In this document: one piece after another, positions 56,478 to 63,724 of the stretch | How the letters are laid out: each line of letters starts with the position of its first letter | Position numbering within the stretch: position 1 is the stretch's first letter | Origin: Patescibacteria group bacterium | GTDB lineage: Bacteria; Patescibacteriota; Microgenomatia; UBA8517 | Length of the DNA stretch: 63,724 nucleotides | Direction: 5' to 3' | Assembly: GCA_035260845.1 (NCBI GenBank) | Contig: DATFUL010000013.1 | Location: 1-63,724, forward strand | The notes under the pieces: model-generated | Seen by the model: only the letters and a program-made list of their open reading frames with translations | Databases searched by the model: none | What the model was told of the DNA's origin: nothing | Position numbers and translations under genes: made by a program

Positions 56478-56943
56478 TATTATTAGAATCAGAAAATCCT
56501 GAATTAACTTCTAATACGTAGTCCACGGCCCGGCCTGGAGTATAAATGGGTAACTTTTCGTCTGGAGTATTGGCAGGTTGATTGGGAACATGCTTGTCGA
56601 TTTTAACGATCTTACTGTCCGATATCCAAATCATGTCCAGTGGGATTAACATATCCTTCATCCAGAAAGTTGGAGTCACTGGCTTAGTATCAAAAACAAA
56701 AAGCATACCGTTATCAGTTCCTAGCGAGCTTCTACCACCCAACCCCTTTTCTCTGGTTTGCTCAGTATTTACAACCTCCACTTGAATAGTTTTACTGCCA
56801 ACAGTCATGCTTTTTTGCTGTTCTATGACAGCTGTAGGGAAATATTTACCCAACCCAAGTTTAGATGGATTTTGGGTAAAAAGCCCTACAAGAATTATAA
56901 AAACGGCGACTCCAGCAAGCGGTAAGAGCAATTGTTTGACCAT
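56440..56943 (-). CDS. DUF192-family protein with an N-terminal anchor
   Basis: GLGGRSSL..NGMLFVF...FWMKDMLIPLDMIWI pattern of DUF192. Confidence 0.7.
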   Translation of the reverse strand: MVKQLLLPLAGVAVFIILVGLFTQNPSKLGLGKYFPTAVIEQQKSMTVGSKTIQVEVVNTEQTREKGLGGRSSLGTDNGMLFVFDTKPVTPTFWMKDMLIPLDMIWISDSKIVKIDKHVPNQPANTPDEKLPIYTPGRAVDYVLEVNSGFSDSNNIKVGDSVILPTL

Positions 56944-56944
56944 A

Positions 56945-57067
56945 TTATTTTTGTCCTAACATCAAAGCAAGAACTGCAAAAAATACTAAAATAGGAATGC
57001 ACAAATATAATAAAGTTACAAATGAATTATTTTGATTTTTATGCAAGTGAAGTGCATCCGACGCCAT
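56945..57067 (-). CDS. Possible 40-aa single-TM mini-protein
   Basis: Manual: MASDALHLHKNQNNSFVTLLYLCIPILVFFAVLALMLGQK. Stop is 1 nt before the DUF192 ATG. Confidence 0.3.
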   Translation of the reverse strand: MASDALHLHKNQNNSFVTLLYLCIPILVFFAVLALMLGQK

Positions 57068-57134
57068 GAAATTATTGTATCACTTTTGGTGCCCTCGATC
57101 TGTGTGATAAAATCTCAGGAAAGTCTAGATTCTT

Positions 57135-57341
57135 ATGACGGAACTATTGCCCCGGCCAAAACCATTGAGTGAAGATGATAAAGAGCAACTGTTCCAAAGA
57201 ATGGTTGTTCTATGGCAACGTATGAAACGTTATCCAATATATGATGAGGATGGGGAAATTGTAGATGTAGAGATTAGGATTGCCGAGGTAGTGGAAAATC
57301 TGGCTGATCGGCCTAAAAACGAGTTGCCATCCAAAACATAA
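57135..57341 (+). CDS. Hypothetical 68-aa acidic protein
   Basis: ORF only. Confidence 0.3.
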   Translation: MTELLPRPKPLSEDDKEQLFQRMVVLWQRMKRYPIYDEDGEIVDVEIRIAEVVENLADRPKNELPSKT

Positions 57342-57351
57342 GACATCTAGT

Positions 57352-57434
57352 GCCGGGGACAGGAGTCGAACCTGCACGCTTTTGAGGGCACTAGGTCCTA
57401 AACCTAGCGTGTATGCCATTTCACCACCCCGGCC
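57352..57434 (-). tRNA. tRNA-Leu (anticodon UAG), long variable arm, no CCA
   Basis: GCCGGGG acceptor, anticodon stem-loop CTAGG-TTTAGGA-CCTAG, T-arm GCAGG-TTCGACT-CCTGT. Confidence 0.85.
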
Positions 57435-57458
57435 TACGAGAATTATAACAAACACATC

Positions 57459-57986
57459 CTAAATATCGAAGCTTAAAGGTAGGGTGTCGATTTTGCCTAC
57501 AAAATACTTAACTTTTGTGCCCCAAGTTGGTGAAGGGGGTGCATATCTTTTAGCAATTTTGGCAATGGAAACGGCACCCTTATCGATATATTTTGTTCTA
57601 AGAGTCATAGAAACATGTTCGATTGAGTCCTCCCAAGAGCTAAATTTATATTCACCATTTGCCCAGCCGTAGGCATTATAAGACTTGTTTGGAATATGTT
57701 TGCCAAAGGTAGATTCAACTCCGGTAATTGCAGGAACCATTCGGTAGTCAATTCCATAAAAATCAGCCTGTTTAATAAACTCGGCTGAGTATGGAGTTAA
57801 GGGGGAATTAAATTTAGCTAGAAACTTTCTGAGTGTATAAACACGATAGTCAAAAACAACCTGGTTTACTGCCTTGAATTTTGGCATGGCCGAGGAGCCC
57901 GCTTCTACCTGCTCTGCATATAGAGACTTGGTAGATAAGGCAAAAAGTGTAAATACTAAAATAATACAGGTCATTATTTTGTTCAT
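57459..57986 (-). CDS. Secreted glucosaminidase-like peptidoglycan hydrolase (paralog of 58910..59557)
   Basis: Signal peptide; AITGVESTFGK...YGWANG...FSSWEDSIEHVSMTL resembles the FlgJ-type glucosaminidase domain. Confidence 0.5.
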   Translation of the reverse strand: MNKIMTCIILVFTLFALSTKSLYAEQVEAGSSAMPKFKAVNQVVFDYRVYTLRKFLAKFNSPLTPYSAEFIKQADFYGIDYRMVPAITGVESTFGKHIPNKSYNAYGWANGEYKFSSWEDSIEHVSMTLRTKYIDKGAVSIAKIAKRYAPPSPTWGTKVKYFVGKIDTLPLSFDI

Positions 57987-58131
57987 ATATGTAGGTCAAA
58001 AAGAAGGGGGATACCTTTCGGTACCCCCCAAATATATACCCCAACGCCAAGATCACGTTTCCGTGCCCTAGCCTCGGAATCTAATGAGTACTATAGCAAA
58101 TCATTATAAGATTGTCAAGTTTGGAGGTAGT

Positions 58132-58890
58132 CTATCCCCTTTTTCTGGCGAGTATGAAAATAGAAGGCCCAAAATCGATATAAGAAAATGGTCTCTGTAA
58201 AATCGTTTCAAAAGACAATAAAATATCTGTTGAAAAAATGCCCTTAAGAAAAGTGCTTCTAATATTGCTCACCGATCTCTTTTCTATTACATCAAAGCCG
58301 TATAGGTCCAAAACCTCCTTGATTCTGTCTGGGTGGTAATTTAAGAAAGGCAAAGTACCTCGTTTAATAGCTTTTTTACTTCTTATGTCTCTGGTGGTTA
58401 GGTCTTGTGAATACAAGTAATTACCCTTAAAAAGCTCTTTAAAGGTTGCCTTAACATGCTTTTTATTGGCAAATTCGAATACAAGATACCCCTTTGGGCT
58501 TAATAGCCTATTTATTGTCTTAAAAGCTGTATCAATGTTTGTTATGTGGTGAATAACTCGAACCATTACAACTAAATCGTTCGAGCTAGATCTAATTTTT
58601 GTAGGTAAATTAAAGAGAGCAGAATGAATAAATTTAACGTTTTTGCGATCGTGGTATGCAACTCTGGCCATTTTTAAGGCTCGTCCGGAAGGGTCTGTTA
58701 ACAATATCTTTTTGGCACGAAACGCATAAAAAGGTACTAGTCTACCAAAACCAGCGCCAACGTCTAATATATTTTTTATCTTTTTAATTCTATCGAGGAA
58801 TGCCTTTAAAGCAATTATGTCTGACTTGTGTTCATAGTCGCGGCCTATCCAATAGCCTGGGTAATCAAACGTGTCGTAAGCTGCTGACAT
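58132..58890 (-). CDS. Class I SAM-dependent methyltransferase
   Basis: ILDVGAGFGRL motif I and LLTDPS motif II. Confidence 0.8.
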   Translation of the reverse strand: MSAAYDTFDYPGYWIGRDYEHKSDIIALKAFLDRIKKIKNILDVGAGFGRLVPFYAFRAKKILLTDPSGRALKMARVAYHDRKNVKFIHSALFNLPTKIRSSSNDLVVMVRVIHHITNIDTAFKTINRLLSPKGYLVFEFANKKHVKATFKELFKGNYLYSQDLTTRDIRSKKAIKRGTLPFLNYHPDRIKEVLDLYGFDVIEKRSVSNIRSTFLKGIFSTDILLSFETILQRPFSYIDFGPSIFILARKRG

Positions 58891-58909
58891 TGCGGGCCAT
58901 TATACTATA

Positions 58910-59557
58910 TCACTCCATTTCGGACATAAATTGGGAAACCCCATTTGCCCAAGCGCCTCCAGGGGAAATTGGATTGTATTTAGACATGATTTCTTCGACT
59001 GTGTTATAGCCTTTGTCTAAGTACTGTGTTTTAAGTCCTTTAGAAACAGTATCAATTGCCTCTTCAAAAGAATCAAAACCTAAACTCCCCGCGCTATTTA
59101 TTCCCCAACCCCAGCAGTTATAAGAACCGGGTGGAATAACTTTACATAGGTTACTTTCTTGTTGGGCTATGGCGGTAATCAATCTGTAGTCCAATTTGTA
59201 CTTATCTGAGGTTTGGACAATAAAATCTGAATATGGTGAAAGTGGTGAATTGTAATAATCTAAGTATTGGCGAATAATTTCTGGTCTTGCGTCGCTTGCC
59301 CCAACAGTCCCAGAAACAGATGGTAATTGGGGTGGAAGCGAAGCATACACCTGAACACCTGAATAACCTGAGGCAACTAGATTTTTGCTTACGACGGCAT
59401 TTTTTGCTAGTGCGCTATCGTTAAATGAGAAAAGTGAAAAAAGACTGATTCCAAGAGTAATTGGAGTGACTATGAAAAAAACCCCCACCAAAAACATATT
59501 TTTCCAAAAACTAATATTTTCTTCCTTGCTGAATTCATTAAGACGCATTTGTATCAA
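58910..59557 (-). CDS. Membrane-anchored glucosaminidase-like peptidoglycan hydrolase (paralog of 57459..57986)
   Basis: AIAQQESNLCK...WGWGINSAG..FDSFEEAIDTVSKGL aligns with the paralog. Confidence 0.5.
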   Translation of the reverse strand: MIQMRLNEFSKEENISFWKNMFLVGVFFIVTPITLGISLFSLFSFNDSALAKNAVVSKNLVASGYSGVQVYASLPPQLPSVSGTVGASDARPEIIRQYLDYYNSPLSPYSDFIVQTSDKYKLDYRLITAIAQQESNLCKVIPPGSYNCWGWGINSAGSLGFDSFEEAIDTVSKGLKTQYLDKGYNTVEEIMSKYNPISPGGAWANGVSQFMSEME

Positions 59558-59608
59558 TTGTCAGAATGACATATCTTGACTGTTGGTGTCAAGTTTTTGA
59601 GGCTAAAC

Positions 59609-59683
59609 TGGAGCGGCGGACCGGATTTGAACCGGCGACCTCTTCCTTGGCAAGGAAGCATTCTACCGCTGAACTACCGCCGC
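59609..59683 (-). tRNA. tRNA-Gly (anticodon GCC), CCA encoded
   Basis: GCGGCGG acceptor, anticodon loop UUGCCAA, T-loop TTCAAAT, 3' UCCA. Confidence 0.9.
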
Positions 59684-59698
59684 AAATATCGCTCCAGG

Positions 59699-59771
59699 TG
59701 CTGAGGATGTGAGTCGAACACATATATGACGCTCTTCAGGCGCCCGCCTTGACCACCTTGGCTACCTCAGC
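59699..59771 (-). tRNA. tRNA-Phe (anticodon GAA)
   Basis: GCTGAGG acceptor, anticodon stem-loop GGCGC-CTGAAGA-GCGTC, T-loop TTCGACT. Confidence 0.85.
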
Positions 59772-59787
59772 TTATAAAACTCTTAAG

Positions 59788-59861
59788 TGGTCGCTGAGGG
59801 ATTCGAACCCCCGACCTTCTCGATGTAAACGAGACGCTCTAACCAACTGAGCCAAGCGACC
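59788..59861 (-). tRNA. tRNA-Val (anticodon UAC)
   Basis: GGTCGCT acceptor, anticodon stem-loop TCTCG-TTTACAT-CGAGA, T-loop TTCGAAT. Confidence 0.9.
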
Positions 59862-59872
59862 TCTTATCCAAG

Positions 59873-59953
59873 TGCGCGGGACAGGAGTTGAACCTGCACG
59901 TCTTGCGACACACGCTCCTTAGGCGTGCGCGTATACCATTCCGCCACCCGCGC
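59873..59953 (-). tRNA. tRNA-Leu with an A34 anticodon (AAG), long variable arm
   Basis: GCGCGGG acceptor, anticodon stem-loop CACGC-CTAAGGA-GCGTG (U33, A34 A35 G36, G37), variable arm GTC-GCAA-GAC, T-arm GCAGG-TTCAACT-CCTGT. Confidence 0.8.
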
Positions 59954-59979
59954 AAATATGCAAACGCTCTTACTCAAAG

Positions 59980-60065
59980 TGCAGGTGGGAGGATTTGAAC
60001 CTCCACGGACGTATTAGGTCCACAAGCTTCTGAGGCCTGCGCGTCTGCCGTTCCGCCACATCTGC
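59980..60065 (-). tRNA. tRNA-Leu (anticodon CAG), long variable arm
   Basis: Anticodon stem-loop CAGGC-CTCAGAA-GCTTG, variable arm GGAC..GTCC, T-arm GGAGG-TTCAAAT-CCTCC. One A:C mismatch at pair 5:68 of the acceptor stem. Confidence 0.8.
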
Positions 60066-60080
60066 ATATTATATCAAACC

Positions 60081-60111
60081 AGTGCCCTTGATGTTCACAA
60101 GTGCCCTTGAT
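60081..60111. repeat. Direct 12-nt duplication of the tRNA-Arg 3' end (AGTGCCCTTGAT twice, 7 nt apart)
   Basis: 60081..60092 and 60100..60111 are identical. The second copy is the genuine tRNA 3' end. Confidence 0.8.
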
Positions 60112-60173
60112 AAGAATCGAACTTATATCTCCTCCTTAGAAGGGAGATGCTCTATCCATTGAGCTACAAGGGC
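60102..60173 (-). tRNA. tRNA-Arg (anticodon UCU)
   Basis: GCCCTTG acceptor, anticodon stem-loop TCTCC-CTTCTAA-GGAGG, T-arm ATAAG-TTCGATT-CTTAT. Confidence 0.85.
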
Positions 60174-60212
60174 GTTCCATATTTTACCAAATCTTTGCTA
60201 AAATGGATATGA

Positions 60213-61550
60213 ATGAAGAAAAAACTCTTAGCATTTGCTTTATTTCTAACAATATTGTTCTCAAGTGTTACTTCCGCTTTGGCTATAGTTGACCCGACAT
60301 CGACTCCAAACAACAAATTTGGCATTCATATTTTTAATGAAAAAGACTTGGTAGACGCGACGCATTTAGTAAATTCTAATGATGGTGATTGGGGTTATGT
60401 AACAATCGTAATAACGGAAGCCGAACGTGACCACGACCGCTGGCAGAAGATTTTTGACGAAATGCGTAGGCTTCACTTGATTCCAATTGTACGTTTATCT
60501 ACGAAGGCAACTGGCGCCACCTGGGATGCTCCGGCCGAGGCCGAGATAAACAACTGGGTGGGTTTCCTAAATTCTCTAAACTGGGTTGTCGAAAACCGAT
60601 ATGTTGTAATAAACAACGAACCAAATCATGCCCAGGAATGGGGTGGAAGGATTGATCCTGCTGGTTATGCCTCTTACTTAAAAGATATATCACAAAAATT
60701 AAAAGCAGCTTCTCCCGATTTTTTTGTTTTGCCTGCCGGGCTTGATCCCTCATCTGTAAATAGTTTAACGACAATGACAGAAAATAAGTTTTTAATGGAA
60801 ATGAAGTCTAACGTTCCCGATGTTTTTGACTCTATTGATGGTTGGACGAGTCATCCCTACCCAAGTACCGCATTAGATATTTACAACCACGAACTTTCAG
60901 TAATTTCTAAAAAATTACCAATTTTTATAACCGAAACCGGTTGGCCAAATAATAAGTATTCTGAATCTCAAATTTCTTCAAATTTGATTAGTGCCTTTAC
61001 CAACGTCTGGAACGATCCTAGGGTTGTTGCAGTAACCCCTTTTATACTTGATTATAATTCAAGCCCATTTGATGTTTATTCTTGGAAGAAATCTGATGGA
61101 ACTTTTTATAATTTTTATGGTGATGTTCAGAAAATATTAAAAATAAAAGGAACTCCAGTGCAAATTGAAAGCGGGCAAATAATGGCTGCTTTCGCCCAGC
61201 CAGTTATTATTACTGGAACAGACTTTGTAGGTTTAATATTGGCAAGAAATACAGGGCAAACCATATGGGCGAATGGAAGTATTGGTATTGGCAGCGAATC
61301 AACGGATTTTAGTTTGAAAAACCTTTCCATGAACGGAATTGAACCTACAAAGCTTGGTTTAATATTTTTTAGAGCTGCAGAAGCCCAAAATAGCGGAGTT
61401 TACACTAACTCATTATTCTTAAAGGGAACCAAAGACCAAAAAATTAGCAACAGTTTTTCTATTGAAGCCGGGTTTGCAAGTATTGATAAAGTGCAAATTC
61501 AAGCCTTTTTTGCTAAAATGCTTTCAGGTTTGCATTTTTTGGGCCGTTAG
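60213..61550 (+). CDS. Secreted putative glycoside hydrolase (clan GH-A-like TIM barrel)
   Basis: Signal peptide; VINNEPNH (candidate acid/base Glu) and FITETGWP (candidate nucleophile Glu). Family not assignable by eye. 3' end overlaps tRNA-Lys by 10 nt. Confidence 0.45.
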   Translation: MKKKLLAFALFLTILFSSVTSALAIVDPTSTPNNKFGIHIFNEKDLVDATHLVNSNDGDWGYVTIVITEAERDHDRWQKIFDEMRRLHLIPIVRLSTKATGATWDAPAEAEINNWVGFLNSLNWVVENRYVVINNEPNHAQEWGGRIDPAGYASYLKDISQKLKAASPDFFVLPAGLDPSSVNSLTTMTENKFLMEMKSNVPDVFDSIDGWTSHPYPSTALDIYNHELSVISKKLPIFITETGWPNNKYSESQISSNLISAFTNVWNDPRVVAVTPFILDYNSSPFDVYSWKKSDGTFYNFYGDVQKILKIKGTPVQIESGQIMAAFAQPVIITGTDFVGLILARNTGQTIWANGSIGIGSESTDFSLKNLSMNGIEPTKLGLIFFRAAEAQNSGVYTNSLFLKGTKDQKISNSFSIEAGFASIDKVQIQAFFAKMLSGLHFLGR

Positions 61551-61612
61551 CTCAGCGGTAGAGCAATTCCCTCTTAAGGAAAAGGTCGATGGTTCGAATC
61601 CATCACGGCTCA
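61541..61612 (+). tRNA. tRNA-Lys (anticodon CUU)
   Basis: GGGCCGT acceptor, anticodon loop CUCUUAA, T-arm GATGG-TTCGAAT-CCATC. No CCA. Confidence 0.85.
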
Positions 61613-61618
61613 CTCAAT

Positions 61619-61918
61619 ATGACAAAAGAGATGGCGGGCTTAGCCCAAAAACATTTAAATGGATTTAATTTAGCGAAAGGCGATATTGGCGAGCAGGGAG
61701 CGTTTTTGAGGGCTTCACTTACTGATGATGAACTTTGTATTAATGCAACACTATTGGTCGCAGACCCCGACGCATTCAATCTTTTAATAAATGACTTTGC
61801 TGAGAAACATCCCAAGAAGCTGAAAGCAGAACATGATATGGACAAAATTAGAAGTCGTATAGCAAGGCAGATAAATCTTGCAAGAGAAAACGCTATAAAT
61901 GGGTCTATTAGCTTGTAA
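61619..61918 (+). CDS. Hypothetical 99-aa protein
   Basis: ORF from MTKEMAGLAQ. The track's upstream extension overlaps tRNA-Lys. Confidence 0.35.
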   Translation: MTKEMAGLAQKHLNGFNLAKGDIGEQGAFLRASLTDDELCINATLLVADPDAFNLLINDFAEKHPKKLKAEHDMDKIRSRIARQINLARENAINGSISL

Positions 61919-62744
61919 CTTGCCTAGACTCCCACTTTGCCCAGATGCCTGTAGAAAGAAGCCTACCGCCGGAAGTATCTTTTAATGTTAATTCTCCATT
62001 TTCTATAGTTCCACCCAAATCCCCAAAACTTCCCTGTAATGTATTAGCAAGAGTGATTGAGGAAGAGGATATTGCATATGCATTGACTAGAACAAATAGT
62101 GGATTATCACTTAATATTTTCCTGCAATTGTCGAGAAGCCTAGGGAAGTCCTTATTAAAATCCCAAGGTTCTCCGTTTGGTGCATGGCCATAAATTGGAG
62201 GATCCATAATAATTGCATCGTATTTAACTCCGCGTTTAATTTCGCGTTCAGTAAACTTTAGAGCATCATCAACTATCCAACGAATTGGTAATTCCTGCAT
62301 ACCATTAAGATCGCGATTCTCATTAGCCCAGGTAATTGCTGGCTTACTCGCATCAACATGCGTAACATTTGCCCCTGCTTTTGCGGCAAATAGTGAAGCT
62401 ATTCCTGTATAGGCAAACAAATTCAAAACATTAATTTGTAGATTTGTTGATTTGGACATTTGTAGATTTATGTATTCCCACTGCCCTGCCTGTTCCGGGA
62501 ATACTCCGGTGTGCTTAAAGGGTGCTAGTTTGGCCCAAAATTTAATACCATTGTGTTCCATTCGCCATTTTTCGGGAACATCTTTGTTTATCCATTTTTC
62601 TGAGAATCTCGCATTTGCCTTATCCCATTCTTTAAGGGGCAAATTCTTTTTCCAAATTATTTGTGGGTCGGGCCTATCTAAAATATAGTCACCAAAACGC
62701 TCTAAACGTCTACCCTCTCCGCTATCTATTAATTCATAATTCAT
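61908..62744 (-). CDS. Class I SAM-dependent (probably rRNA) methyltransferase, RlmI/RlmK-like core
   Basis: VLNLFAYTGIASLFAAKAGA..VTHVDAS and IIMDPPIYG motifs. Confidence 0.75.
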   Translation of the reverse strand: MNYELIDSGEGRRLERFGDYILDRPDPQIIWKKNLPLKEWDKANARFSEKWINKDVPEKWRMEHNGIKFWAKLAPFKHTGVFPEQAGQWEYINLQMSKSTNLQINVLNLFAYTGIASLFAAKAGANVTHVDASKPAITWANENRDLNGMQELPIRWIVDDALKFTEREIKRGVKYDAIIMDPPIYGHAPNGEPWDFNKDFPRLLDNCRKILSDNPLFVLVNAYAISSSSITLANTLQGSFGDLGGTIENGELTLKDTSGGRLLSTGIWAKWESRQVTS

Positions 62745-62752
62745 AATTCATA

Positions 62753-63724
62753 TTAAGAAAGAAATCGTATCTGCATTCCTTCTGCAACTTTTGTATCAAA
62801 TGAAACTTCTTGTCCGGGAAACTTTGCAGTTGGTCCCCAAATTTTAACCAATTTTTTACTATCTGCAAACTCTGAGCCTATTTTTATTGCAACATCGCGT
62901 AAAGTTTCGTCTGACTTCATAACAATAGAGTCATCAAAGCTTGGTTCTGTATCCGGTTTAACCAAATAAACGGTAACAAACTTTAAAGCTTTCCAAATTT
63001 GGTCAATTAAAGTGTCTACTCCTTCTTTTTTATCTGCACTAATGCCTATAAAGTCGCCATCTATCATATCTTTATATTTTGGTTCGGTATCCACTTTATT
63101 AACAATGAAAAGGGCTGGAACATAAACACGATTTACCGAGAAAGCGTCAAATAATCTTCTTTGACTGATTTTTTCCTGAAGAGTTATATTGCCACTTTTA
63201 ATGCCAAACTCCCTTGCAATTCCCTTAATTGTTTCTTTGTCGATTGATTGTTTAAAATTAGAAAAGACTTCAAGGCCTCCGCTAACTTTTTTTTCAATTA
63301 AAACTTTTGGGCGTTCTTCATTTATTCTAATGCCGGCTCCATCAAGTTCATTAACCATATTGGCAAATGCGCTAATTCTTTTTACATCAGTCATTATTAA
63401 AAGTAGGTCTGCCCCTTTTGCAACAGATAATACTTCCCTTCCCCGTCCCTTTCCTTCTTTGGCGCCTTCTATAAGCCCCGGAATATCGAGTATTTGAATA
63501 TAAGCTTTGTTGTATTTAAGCATTCCAGGAACAACTGTAACTGTAGTAAATGCGTACGGAGCGACTTTGCTTTCTGCATTTGTAAGTTGATTTAAGAGAG
63601 TGGACTTTCCAGCAGAAGGAGGGCCAACTAAGACAACTGTAGCGTCACCTTGTTTTTTAACAGTAAAGCCACCCCCACCCCCACCACCTGCTTTTGTTGT
63701 GGTTTCAATCTCTTTGTCTCTTAA
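62753..63724 (-). CDS. DRG-family (developmentally regulated GTP-binding protein-like) GTPase with a C-terminal TGS domain; 5' end beyond the window
   Basis: The frame is open to 63724. Manual upstream translation gives ...GGGGGGGFTVKKQGDATVVLVGPPSAGKSTLLNQLTNAESKVAPYAFTTVTVVPGMLKY..IQILDIPGLIEGAKEGKGRGREVL, which parallels eukaryotic/archaeal DRG. TGS-like C-terminus. Confidence 0.85.
   Translation of the reverse strand, partial: LRDKEIETTTKAGGGGGGGFTVKKQGDATVVLVGPPSAGKSTLLNQLTNAESKVAPYAFTTVTVVPGMLKYNKAYIQILDIPGLIEGAKEGKGRGREVLSVAKGADLLLIMTDVKRISAFANMVNELDGAGIRINEERPKVLIEKKVSGGLEVFSNFKQSIDKETIKGIAREFGIKSGNITLQEKISQRRLFDAFSVNRVYVPALFIVNKVDTEPKYKDMIDGDFIGISADKKEGVDTLIDQIWKALKFVTVYLVKPDTEPSFDDSIVMKSDETLRDVAIKIGSEFADSKKLVKIWGPTAKFPGQEVSFDTKVAEGMQIRFLS

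Noticed and set aside
59558-60212. Whether the tRNA array marks a genomic-island or prophage boundary.
   Set aside because: No integrase, recombinase, phage or transposase gene is nearby. Flanking genes are ordinary. Only the 12-nt duplication remains as a minor observation.
62441-62461. A GTAGATTTGTTGATTTGG motif that resembles the GCAGATTTGCAGATTTGG tandem repeat at 52449..52466.
   Set aside because: It lies inside a well-supported methyltransferase CDS and has three mismatches. The sequence is low-complexity T/G-rich, so the match is plausibly chance.
1-63724. Search for CRISPR arrays, diversity-generating retroelements, toxin-antitoxin pairs or restriction-modification systems.
   Set aside because: There are no regularly spaced repeats, no reverse transcriptase, no Cas-like ORFs, no paired small toxin/antitoxin ORFs and no endonuclease next to the methyltransferases. 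The two methyltransferases look like RNA or small-molecule enzymes.

Overview
This is an AT-rich bacterial chromosomal segment with tightly packed, often overlapping genes. Several housekeeping proteins are domain-reduced: a short HolB, a trigger factor without a PPIase domain, and a ThrRS without TGS or editing domains. That pattern, plus a pilus locus with no secretin, suggests a reduced-genome, monoderm-like lineage such as Candidate Phyla Radiation / Patescibacteria. The lineage call is inference only.

The first ~27 kb is a dispersed type IV pilus (T4P) super-locus. It contains pilB and pilT, then pilC, a pilin and pilD, then eight more pilin-like genes, and later a PilX-like gene and pilM/N/O. 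Accessory cassettes interrupt it:
- a NUDIX-CYTH-NUDIX cassette;
- a split MetE-like pair plus two putative Fe/2OG-oxygenase-like genes;
- an island of secreted or membrane-anchored unknowns led by a 598-aa Cys-rich surface protein;
- a HAD hydrolase plus a CMP-sugar cytidylyltransferase.

The rest of the window is core machinery: rpsP, rnc, nusB, rpmF, recG, tyrS, a class A PBP, the thrS-infC-rpmI-rplT-pheS-pheT block, typA, uppP, tig, an RRM protein and dinB. It also holds 10 tRNA genes, six of them in one array, and ends in a partial archaeal/eukaryotic-type DRG GTPase.

I saw no CRISPR array, integrase, transposase or reverse transcriptase. The items most worth follow-up are:
- the nucleotide-hydrolase/cyclase cassettes next to the pilus modules;
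- the secreted island inside the pilus locus;
- the in-frame-stop split MetE;
- the ACP-like protein with no phosphopantetheine serine;
- the editing-less ThrRS;
- tRNA-Leu with an A34 (AAG) anticodon;
- the DRG-family GTPase;
- several structured non-coding stretches.

All functional calls come from motif reading of the translated ORFs. No database searches were run.
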